A stretch of DNA of 64,000 nt from a virus: IMG/VR virus record IMGVR_UViG_3300037424_001643, positions 1 to 64,000 of that record; one strand, written 5' to 3'. The first letter of the stretch is position 1. Each line of letters begins with the position of its first letter. The translations under genes and the position numbers were made by a program. The notes under the pieces were generated by a model. The model saw nothing but the letters and a program-made list of their open reading frames with translations, ran no database searches and was not told the origin of the DNA. This document shows, piece after piece, positions 50,977 through 59,536 of this stretch.

Positions 50977-52088
50977 TACGCGAGTTTGACGTAAGTCATC
51001 CGAGAATTCGCAAAAGCGATGTCTTGCGTTGCAGCCGCATTCGACGTCTGCGCATAAAGCTGAATGATATTGTTTGGGGTATTCGTCGTCACCAGCGCAG
51101 TGAGCACAAGCGAATGATACTGAGCCCCGAACGTCATCCGAAAGAACGACTCCGAATTCGTAACGTCCGCCGCCGTCGTCGAATTGAAAAGTTTCAAGTC
51201 CCACTGACGGTCGGCGGCAGAACTGTTCAGCGCACTGATTTGGACCACGAAAAGATACGTGCCCGCGTCCGCGAGGGGGGCTTCCATGTCGGTCACGCCG
51301 AAATCAACTTTGGCATAGGAGGCCGTCATCGTGTAGTCGGTAGAGCCGCCGACAATGGACGAATTCGCACTCGTTGCCGCCGTCCCTGCCGGACCCACCG
51401 GACCCGTTGCGCCGGTCGCGCCAGTTGCGCCGGTCGCGCCTTGATTCCCTTGGTCTCCCTTGGCTCCGGTATTCCCCGTGTCCCCTTTGATGGACAGCCC
51501 GCGCGGACCAGTCGGCAAGACGATTGTTCCGGGAGTAACGACGGCCACCGGGGAGGCGATAAGCTCAAGCAGAGTCGCAAAAACGGTCTCCTGCTGAAAA
51601 ACGTTCGTGATAGAAAGCCATCCCACTCCGGGGACAAAAATCGTTTGCCCCGTCGCCACGACCGTAGTCGGAATCACGTTGAATTGGACTGCGGGCGCGA
51701 CGAGGGTCGGGGCATTAAAAGCTGTCGTTGAAACGGCATAGGCGTTCTTGCCGTTCGTGCCCGCTGCACCTGTGTCGCCCTTGGGGCCGGTAAGCCCGAC
51801 CAAACCGTCTTCAAAGAGGCGAATGAAATAGCACGCCAGACCCTCGTTGTCGCCGCGAGGATTGTTCGGGAGACCGATGTCGAGGTTGCAGGGCAACACC
51901 CAAGTCACAACCCCATTGACCGTGGTCTTGGTGATGGTGCCGAAGAACTGACGGACAAAGTTGTCTAGCTGCGACGGCAGCGTTTCACACGCCGCACTGT
52001 TGGTCGGACACTCGCTGCACGGACTGCAACCGCGATTGTTATTGTCGCAGTCGCCGCACGAGCCGTTGTTACAATTGGAGCAACTCAT
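50976..52088 (-). CDS. collagen-like repeat fibre protein with Cys-rich N-terminus
   Basis: MSCSNCNNGSCGDCDNNNRGCSPCSECPTNSAAC, followed by two G-X-Y segments at aa 98-115 and aa 194-232. Confidence 0.7.
   Translation of the reverse strand: MSCSNCNNGSCGDCDNNNRGCSPCSECPTNSAACETLPSQLDNFVRQFFGTITKTTVNGVVTWVLPCNLDIGLPNNPRGDNEGLACYFIRLFEDGLVGLTGPKGDTGAAGTNGKNAYAVSTTAFNAPTLVAPAVQFNVIPTTVVATGQTIFVPGVGWLSITNVFQQETVFATLLELIASPVAVVTPGTIVLPTGPRGLSIKGDTGNTGAKGDQGNQGATGATGATGATGPVGPAGTAATSANSSIVGGSTDYTMTASYAKVDFGVTDMEAPLADAGTYLFVVQISALNSSAADRQWDLKLFNSTTAADVTNSESFFRMTFGAQYHSLVLTALVTTNTPNNIIQLYAQTSNAAATQDIAFANSRMTYVKLA
51393..51509 (-). repeat. G-X-Y coding repeat (second segment of the third fibre); a shorter one lies at 51744..51797
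   Basis: It encodes [39 protein letters not shown]. Confidence 0.7.
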
Positions 52089-52300
52089 TTCTTCTTTCGG
52101 GCGCGGGACTTCGACCCGCGAATTTTTTTCAGTTTGGCGTAAATGTAGAGAATCGTGACCGTAGCGACCCCAACTTGTCCCGCAAGAATAAGCGTGTTCA
52201 AAAGAGGTTCAAGGTTCTTCAGGAAAAGGTTGACGCCCGGCGCTGAAAATCCGAACAGCGCGGCCCCCTGAACTTTCCAAGTTTCTGAGTCGAAAAACAT
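52085..52300 (-). CDS. small membrane protein with very basic C-terminus (holin-like)
   Basis: The ATG is at 52300. It has a TM segment (LLNTLILAGQVGVATVTILYIYA) and the tail KLKKIRGSKSRARKKK. Its stop forms an ATGA overlap with the next gene. Confidence 0.35.
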   Translation of the reverse strand: MFFDSETWKVQGAALFGFSAPGVNLFLKNLEPLLNTLILAGQVGVATVTILYIYAKLKKIRGSKSRARKKK

Positions 52301-52304
52301 CGTA

Positions 52305-53579
52305 TTAGAGTGCGTTAACTGCGGTGACAACGTCTGCGGCGGCGACCGTCGTCCCGGCATCCGTCAAATGGGTCCCATCAGAATAATAGGTAAGGTCATT
52401 CGGGTTTGTCAACAGAGGGTTGACTGCCACATCGACAAGCCCGTCGGCGAACTCCGCGAATCCAGAACGAATTCGCGTGTTGTAGTCGAGGCGCTGCGCC
52501 TCTTGATACGCTGTAAAAGCGGCGCGGGGCAGAGTTGTAAAAACAAGAACTTCCATGCCGTTTTCTCGCACTCGCTGACAATACTCTACGAGGGTCGAAT
52601 AGACTGACGCCGCGCTCCGACCTCCGATGATGTCATTCGTTCCGGCCCAGACCGTGACGATGTTTCGCGCGAATCGGTTGTCTCGATACGGAAGAAGGTC
52701 CGTAGAGAATCGGGGGACGATGTTTTCCACCAGCCGTTCTCCACCGCTCGCCCGAAGGTTCGTTCCCCAAGACGCCTCTCCCAACGAGATGACGACTTTC
52801 TCGCCCCACGTTTGAGAGAGCGAGAGTCCCGCCCCTGCGGTCAGTGAATCGCCTTCAAGAATGAGATTGTTAACAGACAGCCCCAATCGAAACGCCGAAT
52901 AGGCATGAAGTCGGGTCAACTCCAACGCCGTAAGTGCGCGCGTGAAACCCAACATTTCCAGCACTTCGATATTTCCCTGTAGTGCGCCGAGATGCGATGC
53001 CCCCCACGTCATGCCGCCGAAACCCGCCGCTCCGGGGTCACCGCCTTGAACCCGACCCCGATTAACCCGAAAAACCGACGAAGAGCCCGACCAGTGGGAA
53101 GTCAAAAACGCCCACGTATTGACGGTCCAACTCGTCTTCGAGGGGCCAGAAGTGCCTCCCGTTCGCATGAGCACCTGCGGCGTAACGCCCACCTGATGAA
53201 TGAAACCGTCAGTCAATCCGTTGAAGACCCGTCGCCCCGACACCCATGTTACCTGACGAGCCAAAAACAAAGTCGTCGAAGGCTGATTCAGCGTGAACGC
53301 GGCAGACTGAAGATAGTGCCCCGTGGTGGCGACGCCGTTGAACAGTGCGGTGCGATGTCCGTTTACCGTGCCCGAAGATGCGGGCCGACGGGTCGAGGTC
53401 GTCTGATTCAAATGAAAGCCTCCCTGTCGGTCCATCACTCGGGAAAAGGCGTTCGCGGGGTCCCGCGAGTTGCCGCCGTCATCGCTCTTCCACCAGACCA
53501 AAAGGTCGGACACATCAGTCGGAAGGAATCCCTTCTCCGACCGGTTGCTGGCATACTGTCTGGATGTCGCGTAAGACAT
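52305..53579 (-). CDS. LamG/ConA-like lectin domain fused to an SGNH/GDSL esterase
   Basis: SGNH block I is LEGDSLTAG, block III WAGTNDI, and block V SDGTHLT. The N-terminal roughly 230 aa have a laminin-G-like beta-sandwich pattern. Confidence 0.65.
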   Translation of the reverse strand: MSYATSRQYASNRSEKGFLPTDVSDLLVWWKSDDGGNSRDPANAFSRVMDRQGGFHLNQTTSTRRPASSGTVNGHRTALFNGVATTGHYLQSAAFTLNQPSTTLFLARQVTWVSGRRVFNGLTDGFIHQVGVTPQVLMRTGGTSGPSKTSWTVNTWAFLTSHWSGSSSVFRVNRGRVQGGDPGAAGFGGMTWGASHLGALQGNIEVLEMLGFTRALTALELTRLHAYSAFRLGLSVNNLILEGDSLTAGAGLSLSQTWGEKVVISLGEASWGTNLRASGGERLVENIVPRFSTDLLPYRDNRFARNIVTVWAGTNDIIGGRSAASVYSTLVEYCQRVRENGMEVLVFTTLPRAAFTAYQEAQRLDYNTRIRSGFAEFADGLVDVAVNPLLTNPNDLTYYSDGTHLTDAGTTVAAADVVTAVNAL

Positions 53580-53584
53580 GTGAA

Positions 53585-54145
53585 TCAGTCGTAGTCTTCG
53601 ACGAAGGAGAGACGCGGGGTGCCTGAGGCGGAGATGGCGAAAATGGCCGCAGCCGTGTAGAGGTCAACAGACGCTCCGGCGGCGAGAACGTATCCAGTCG
53701 TAGAAGAGACCGTGCCGTCGTGTCCGACGTAGATAACAATGGACCCGTCGATATTCTTGACCGACACCTTACGACGCGTAGCGCGCGAGGCGAGGGCCTG
53801 TGCGGCAGCGGTGGCCGTTGCCACCTGAGACACGGCGAGGTTCGCCGCTCCGGTAAGCTTGCTGACGGTAACCGAATCATTGGCCGCGTCGAGAGTCGTG
53901 GCCGACCGGACCAGAAGAATTCCTTTTTGGTCAGCAATCACCCGTCGGACGGTCCCGATAGTCCCGTCGGCGGGCAACGAATTCGGGTCCACCAATTCTG
54001 CCCCCGCGACCGAAATCTCATCTCCGGGGGGTTGGTCTTGCTGGCTTTCCGCGCTATTCCCGGCGGAAGAATTCAGCAATTGACAAATCTTGAACAGCAG
54101 GTTATTGTCGCTGTCGTTGTGTTTTGGAGAGGGGTCTGCGAACAT
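53585..54145 (-). CDS. hypothetical structural protein
   Basis: 186-aa ORF, the first gene after the capsid terminator. Confidence 0.6.
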   Translation of the reverse strand: MFADPSPKHNDSDNNLLFKICQLLNSSAGNSAESQQDQPPGDEISVAGAELVDPNSLPADGTIGTVRRVIADQKGILLVRSATTLDAANDSVTVSKLTGAANLAVSQVATATAAAQALASRATRRKVSVKNIDGSIVIYVGHDGTVSSTTGYVLAAGASVDLYTAAAIFAISASGTPRLSFVEDYD

Positions 54146-54170
54146 AATCTAGGATGAAAAAATTTGAAAG

Positions 54171-54206
54171 AAAAAAGCCGGGTGAGCGTCTGCTCGCCCA
54201 CCCGGC
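54171..54206 (-). terminator. strong rho-independent terminator after the major capsid gene
   Basis: On the minus strand: GCCGGGTGGGCG-agcaga-CGCTCACCCGGC followed by TTTTTT. Confidence 0.75.
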
Positions 54207-54226
54207 TCGTGACATCTACTCGACGA

Positions 54227-55498
54227 TTAGCAGACGCCAACAGTCGTGAACGCGTCGTTACCAGTGTAGCTGGACGAATCCGGCGCCTCACAGTCGGTCA
54301 GACCGAGGTCAGCGCGGCAGCGTTTGTGCAGAATCGGCACCACGAATTGCGGGCGCTCGGGCTGATAGGCACGGGTAATCTGATACTTGTGCCAGCCGAA
54401 GTCGCCGAAGGTGTTACAGTCGTTGTCGATGTGGTAGTGCCAATCGAGTTCGCCCATGTGCAACTGAGGCGCGAACTTGAAGGACCCTTCGCCGACATAG
54501 CGCTCGGGCACGAGGCGCTTGAAGGAACGGTCAGCGAGCAGGAAGCCGACTTCGTAGTCAGCCGCGAGCCACGCCGGATTCACCTTGGCGTAAGCCGTGT
54601 TCTTGGAAACGTTGCTGACGATGGTGAACGGGTCAACCACGTTCAACAGGCCGGAAGCATTGAAACCCGTCGCGCGGAGCGGGCGCTGGTCGATACCGAA
54701 GGCAATGCCGCGGTAAGCACCGGCAGTTTCCCAGCTATAGCCGCGGAGAGCCTTCTCGCCGAACTGATAGCTTCCGTTGACGAACGAGAGCAGCACGTCC
54801 TTGACGCCCGCTTCGTTGCGGAACGACTCGACGATGTCGCTGGAACCGATGAACCGGAAGTGCATCTGGCCTTCGCCGCCTGCGCTGAACATGTCAGCGA
54901 GGAGCACTTCTTTCAAATGTCGGGCGAGATAGTGAAGGGCCTTGAAGGACATGGGGCCGGTCGGGAGCAGCGGAGCGAACTTGACACCGATGTCCGTCTC
55001 GTTACCGCCCGTGAAGAGCGAGTCGAAATCGTAGCCAGCGACAGCGCTGAACTTGGACGCGGAGCGCAGATACAACTGAGCCCGAATGTCCGCATTGAGA
55101 TACTGGGTGACCAGTTTCTTGAGGGAGTCTTCAGCCGAGAGATAGCTCGACTTGTAGGCTGCATAGCCCTTCTTGACGCAGACGCGAGGACCCTTACCGC
55201 GCTTGCTTTCGAGGCGGGCGGTGAAGTCGATGGCATCAGTCAAGTCCTGAAGACCTTGGGTGCCGCACAAGTCAGTGTCACAGACGAAGGTCGGAATCGC
55301 CAGCGAGTCGCCGGGAGCCGCCTGCATCTGAACAGAAGTGCGGATTTCGTCAGAAACGCCGGACGGAAAAGTTCCGCCCTGAATGACGTTGATGAACGGG
55401 GAGTTGATAGCCAGCGCCTTAGCGATGGAACCAACGAGACGAGAAGTGTCCTTCCGAGAAATATCGGACAGCGTGGACGGCGCGACGCAATCAGCCAT
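54227..55498 (-). CDS. major capsid protein (putative)
   Basis: 423-aa ORF downstream of the scaffold gene, bracketed by a structured leader and a strong terminator. This is a high-expression signature. No motif-level proof. Confidence 0.6.
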   Translation of the reverse strand: MADCVAPSTLSDISRKDTSRLVGSIAKALAINSPFINVIQGGTFPSGVSDEIRTSVQMQAAPGDSLAIPTFVCDTDLCGTQGLQDLTDAIDFTARLESKRGKGPRVCVKKGYAAYKSSYLSAEDSLKKLVTQYLNADIRAQLYLRSASKFSAVAGYDFDSLFTGGNETDIGVKFAPLLPTGPMSFKALHYLARHLKEVLLADMFSAGGEGQMHFRFIGSSDIVESFRNEAGVKDVLLSFVNGSYQFGEKALRGYSWETAGAYRGIAFGIDQRPLRATGFNASGLLNVVDPFTIVSNVSKNTAYAKVNPAWLAADYEVGFLLADRSFKRLVPERYVGEGSFKFAPQLHMGELDWHYHIDNDCNTFGDFGWHKYQITRAYQPERPQFVVPILHKRCRADLGLTDCEAPDSSSYTGNDAFTTVGVC

Positions 55499-55510
55499 GT
55501 TTTTTACAAA

Positions 55511-55528
55511 AAATCCCCTAGGGGATTT
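55511..55528 (-). promoter_or_regulatory. perfect 18-bp palindrome AAATCCCCTAGGGGATTT, 12 nt upstream of the capsid ATG
   Basis: The hairpin is followed by a T-run on the minus strand. A second hairpin, CTGAGGTC-aaac-GACCTCGG, lies at 55535..55554. Confidence 0.45.
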
Positions 55529-55691
55529 AATTTTCTGAGGTCAAACGACCTCGGGTTAAACGGTTTACGAAGCCCACTTGTGGTCTTCACCCATCACCCT
55601 CACGCGCGGCTGAGAGACATAGCGCAGTCCGGCGAGACCAAACCGGAGAATTTACAGTCTCAAAGAATAAGAGAAACCCACCTACCGCACG

Positions 55692-56405
55692 TCAACCAAG
55701 AAAACGGCGGCGAACGTGGTTAATCATGGAATCGTCCTTCACCCCATGCAAGAAGACCGCACCTTGCCGGGACAAATCGTTGAACTGCTCAACCGTGGAA
55801 GTCTTCGTCTGCCACCACGAACGCATCGCCGGGCAGTCAGCCCATCCACGCTTTTTGAATTCGGGAGCAAGGTGGAAGTCCCATCCTTTGTGGGGCGAAC
55901 ATCCACCGACGTCGCGTGCAATCCACCGGAGAAAGGCTTTATCTCCGGACATTAAACAATTGCCGTTCACGTGTTCGCCGGGATATTGGAGGAGCGGGCC
56001 GACGACTTTCTTTTTGGCCCGGTCCCAGAAGTGAGACAACTCCGAAATCCAATTCGGCGCAAGCGGGCAGGCGTCGGCTTCAAACAAAAGCAAAGCCTTG
56101 TAGGGCGGAATTCGTTCCGCCTCTCCGTGACCATAAACCCAGTCTAAAGCCCCGAACGCCATCTCGTTGCACCCGAAAGGCCATAGCGTTCCGCGCCTTC
56201 GGTTTATGGCGTGGTGGACGTTGAACTTTTTCGACACGTATTTTATCGTATCGAGGTCCTGAGAACAGTCGAACCTAGAGAAAAATAAAAAGTCCGCATA
56301 CTCTGAAAACCGGGGCTCGAAATCCGCGATTAGCCGGGCCACCTTCATCGCTTGCTCTTTATCGCCGTCGTAAAACTGGCTAACGAGTAAGATTTTATTT
56401 GACAT
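55692..56405 (-). CDS. putative glycosyltransferase-like protein
   Basis: 237-aa ORF. Features compatible with a GT-A-type enzyme are an N-terminal Rossmann-like ILLVSQFYDGD, an acidic LLFEADACP motif and HVNGNCL. This rests on pattern only. Confidence 0.35.
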   Translation of the reverse strand: MSNKILLVSQFYDGDKEQAMKVARLIADFEPRFSEYADFLFFSRFDCSQDLDTIKYVSKKFNVHHAINRRRGTLWPFGCNEMAFGALDWVYGHGEAERIPPYKALLLFEADACPLAPNWISELSHFWDRAKKKVVGPLLQYPGEHVNGNCLMSGDKAFLRWIARDVGGCSPHKGWDFHLAPEFKKRGWADCPAMRSWWQTKTSTVEQFNDLSRQGAVFLHGVKDDSMINHVRRRFLG

Positions 56406-57009
56406 ACTTGTCCTTCTTGGCGCAGTTCTCCGCTGCGAATAGCGGCTGCAAATTCATCCAGTGAAAACAGATTTTTTGTTGCTCGGGGTCTGTGGAGTCG
56501 AAGCTTGCGCACGGACGAATGTGGTCAATGTGCCAGACGGGGCCGTAATTTTCCCAAGTCATGCCGGGTCGAAATTGGCCTTGTAGGTAGATTTTGAACT
56601 CGGCGATTTCCATACCGAGAAGTGCAAGAGTTCGGGCGGACTTAGATTCTTTCTTAACGCTATGGTGAATTCGAGTCCGAAGATTACTCAAAATCCGAAA
56701 TTCCACTCTCAAGCGACGTCTCTTCGCCTGCTCTCGGTAAAGAGCCCTCTGCCGTTCCGGATTCTCCTTACTCCAATGTTTCGCTTTCTCAATGCGTTCT
56801 TCCCGGTGGTCTCGGTAGTGCGTCGAGTTTAATTCTTTGACTCGTTCGGGGTGCGTCTGTCGCCATTCTCGCAAATACTCCGGGGAGGTCCGTTTCTTCT
56901 CAACCGGACTCTCAATCCCGAGCGCCGCACAAACTTTCCCAAAGCTTCGGGTAAACTTCCTAGCCTCCGGAATCAATTGAGTCTCTCCGTAGCAAACTTT
57001 TCGTCTCAT
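56395..57009 (-). CDS. HNH endonuclease (no AP2 domain)
   Basis: The ATG at 57009 forms an ATGA overlap with the stop of 57006..57872. The C-terminal HNH core is WHIDHIRPCASFDSTDPEQQKICFHWMNLQPLFAAENCAKKDK. Confidence 0.7.
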   Translation of the reverse strand: MRRKVCYGETQLIPEARKFTRSFGKVCAALGIESPVEKKRTSPEYLREWRQTHPERVKELNSTHYRDHREERIEKAKHWSKENPERQRALYREQAKRRRLRVEFRILSNLRTRIHHSVKKESKSARTLALLGMEIAEFKIYLQGQFRPGMTWENYGPVWHIDHIRPCASFDSTDPEQQKICFHWMNLQPLFAAENCAKKDKYVK

Positions 57010-57872
57010 GGTAGAATCGGATAAACGCAATTTCCGACGTGACCCGCCCAGCAACCGAGGTCCACGTAAGGTTGATGCCCGGACTGCGCGGCGCGGCGAC
57101 AGAAGATGACGTCTTCCCCGACTCCAAGATTGGACACGGCGCGTGCCTTGGCGTCGCCCGCATACCAAATTTTCAACGCCTCCGCAATCCGGCCCGGTTC
57201 TGACCTCAACGTGTCTTCGAGAACGTCGCGAATCTGGTCGAATGCTTTCTTCAAATCGTGCTCGGACGACGTGAACCACTGACCCGTTCCGTTGTTGGCG
57301 GCACGAGACAGGTGTGGAAAATTCTCTTCAATGGCGAGAAAAACGCTTCGATGAATCAGCAACCCGCCGGTTCCAATCCACTGCGTCGGACGAATCTCGT
57401 TGCGAGGCCCGTTGCGACGTAGCTCCAAATCAGACGCCTTGCCCTCGGCGAAAATCGGCAGGCCCTCGCGCCAACGACCGAAGTAGGTGACACCAATCAG
57501 AGTCTTGCCGTGTGACTGAAGCCGGTCGATGGTGTGCATCCCGGCATAGAAGTCGGTAAACTTTTTGAAGCCCGTATTTCCGCGAAACCAGTTGGCGTCG
57601 CCGAACGGAAGAATCATGTCGTCGTCCACCGTGAACATCCACTCCAAAGACGAGTTCACGAACTGAGTCGCCAGTTTGTTCCGCGAGTGCGCGATAAACG
57701 CGTCTCCGAACCCGAGAGAGATTCCCATTTTAGTCCGGTCCGCGAGTGCCATCATGCAGAACGTAGTCAACGGCGAGGCCGTTTTATACCACGGAAGGCA
57801 AAGCAAGAGTTTCTTACCCTCGCGAAGAACGCTTGGCGGCGCTACGTCCGGAATATCGACCGTGAAGTCCAT
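57006..57872 (-). CDS. GT-A fold (family 2-like) glycosyltransferase
   Basis: LLLCLPWYK...AHSRNKLATQF...EWMFTVDDDMILP carries the DxD-type motif, together with GEDVIFCRRA. Confidence 0.5.
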   Translation of the reverse strand: MDFTVDIPDVAPPSVLREGKKLLLCLPWYKTASPLTTFCMMALADRTKMGISLGFGDAFIAHSRNKLATQFVNSSLEWMFTVDDDMILPFGDANWFRGNTGFKKFTDFYAGMHTIDRLQSHGKTLIGVTYFGRWREGLPIFAEGKASDLELRRNGPRNEIRPTQWIGTGGLLIHRSVFLAIEENFPHLSRAANNGTGQWFTSSEHDLKKAFDQIRDVLEDTLRSEPGRIAEALKIWYAGDAKARAVSNLGVGEDVIFCRRAAQSGHQPYVDLGCWAGHVGNCVYPILP

Positions 57873-59206
57873 TACTCGCGGTTAGCCGCTTCAGCTTCGA
57901 CTTCCTTGCGAATTCGGTCGAGCGCACTATCGCCCGGCTCGTCAAAGCTGCTCTTCGTCGTAACCTTCGGCGCTCCGCCTGCCGGAGCCGAAGAACCCCC
58001 GAGTCGTCCCGTTGAAGACTTCTGAATGTCCGCGATGAACTTCTCCTTCTCGGCGAGAGTGGCCTTGAGCTTGTCCGTCTCCGCCTTGTGCGACGCCTTC
58101 ACTTGAGCGAGGTCCGCCTCGCTCTTCAGCATCTTTGCGTATCCCGCAACGAGGACCGCGTGCATCTCCGGAGAATGGTCATTCAAAGCCTCCTTGACAT
58201 CGGCCTGAATTTCTTTCACGCGCGCGTTATGCGCCTCAATTTTGACCTTGTCGGCGGGCTTCGTGTCCTTGGTGATTTCCTGCTCTTTGAGCCACGGCAA
58301 TTGACCCGACAAATCCGAAAAATGCTTGCTCGCAATTTCCTTTCGCGAGCTTTCGGACTTCGAGGACTCCGCCTGACGGTTCTTCAAGAACTCCACGGAA
58401 TTCTTCTTCGCGGCTCCGATGGCCTTCTCTTTCGCATCCGCAAGCGATTCATTCTCCACCAGCTTAACGTCGAGAAAACGACGCACGTCTGCGGGAACCT
58501 TCTCCCCGAGCGCCGTCCAGTTGACCTGACTCACTCCGATTTCCTTCACTCGCTTGATGGACGCCTCGTCAAATCCAGCCTTCTGTAGCCGCAAATAAAT
58601 CGCGTCCTCATTCGCCGTGATTTGCGCGTCGAATTTCTTGAATTCCGGGTCCGATTCCACGTCGAGGCCCCGGCGAAAACTACGAAGCTCTTCCAATTCC
58701 GCTTCAATTTCCTTGGACGCCTTTCCGCTCTTGGCGATTTCGATGGCCTCGTTCGCGGACTTGAGGTCGGCGGTCAACTTCTCGACCGTGCCTGAGAGTT
58801 CGGTAATCTTCGTGCGCGCCAGTTCCTTGACTTTGGTGAAGGACTCGACCGTCTTCGGCTTGACGTGCGGCGGCAACTCGACGGAGTCGAGTTCATCCGT
58901 TTTCGCAGCCGTGGCCGCTTTCGCAGCCTCGTCCGCCTTGGCTTTCGCGGCAGCGTCGTCGGTGTTCACCGCGGCGGCAGCATCCGCTTCAGACTTGGCT
59001 TTGGCTTCCAAATCCGCCTTGGCTTTTTCGTCCGCCTTCTGCTGTTCTAGCGCCGCCTTTTCGTCGTCGCTTACCGGCGTCTGGTTTTCGTCTCCGCCCC
59101 CCTCCGCCTTGAGCAAATCGTCGAGAGCGTTGGAGGATTCAGCGGAAGCTTCAACAGAGCCCACTAGCTCTGCGTTTCCGGGCAATACTTGTATTTCGTC
59201 GGGCAT
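57872..59206 (-). CDS. scaffolding protein (putative)
   Basis: 444 aa, Ala/Lys/Glu-rich with predicted coiled coil. It lies between the portal and capsid genes. Confidence 0.6.
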   Translation of the reverse strand: MPDEIQVLPGNAELVGSVEASAESSNALDDLLKAEGGGDENQTPVSDDEKAALEQQKADEKAKADLEAKAKSEADAAAAVNTDDAAAKAKADEAAKAATAAKTDELDSVELPPHVKPKTVESFTKVKELARTKITELSGTVEKLTADLKSANEAIEIAKSGKASKEIEAELEELRSFRRGLDVESDPEFKKFDAQITANEDAIYLRLQKAGFDEASIKRVKEIGVSQVNWTALGEKVPADVRRFLDVKLVENESLADAKEKAIGAAKKNSVEFLKNRQAESSKSESSRKEIASKHFSDLSGQLPWLKEQEITKDTKPADKVKIEAHNARVKEIQADVKEALNDHSPEMHAVLVAGYAKMLKSEADLAQVKASHKAETDKLKATLAEKEKFIADIQKSSTGRLGGSSAPAGGAPKVTTKSSFDEPGDSALDRIRKEVEAEAANRE

Positions 59207-59209
59207 AGG

Positions 59210-59536
59210 TCAGTTTTTCGTCGGGGGAAGAGTCGGATTTTTTCCGTCTCCCCATTTGGTATCGTCGTCAAGCGAAGGATAATTCTCCTCCGGTTGTTCT
59301 TGCTCTGGCTCAGTGTGAACCAAACTCGTGAGAAACGCCAGTGCGTCCTCGTATCCCTTGTGCTCCCCCGAGCGAACCAAGGTCTCGTTCACATGCGAGC
59401 CATCAAACAAGACAGGTGTGTTAAGTTGACAGAGTGTCAACATCTTGGTTCCGGTATCGGAGGTCAAAAAATCCCGGAGCGCCTTCGCTTCCACCGAAGT
59501 CCATTTCGGCGCATCTGAAAAAAGCGTGACGCTCAC
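59210..59536 (-). CDS. hypothetical head-module protein
   Basis: 108-aa ORF coupled to the portal stop. Confidence 0.6.
   Translation of the reverse strand: MSVTLFSDAPKWTSVEAKALRDFLTSDTGTKMLTLCQLNTPVLFDGSHVNETLVRSGEHKGYEDALAFLTSLVHTEPEQEQPEENYPSLDDDTKWGDGKNPTLPPTKN

Noticed and set aside
54164-55723. 519-aa plus-strand ORF covering the capsid locus
   Set aside because: It lies antisense to a much better gene (54227..55498), which has a terminator and operon context. It has a low-complexity Arg/Val/Glu-rich composition typical of shadow ORFs in GC-rich DNA.
56395-57279. Long 294-aa version of the HNH ORF
   Set aside because: Its first 90 codons overlap the end of the glycosyltransferase gene in another frame and are Arg-rich. 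The Met at 57009 forms an ATGA coupling and precedes the real HNH protein.
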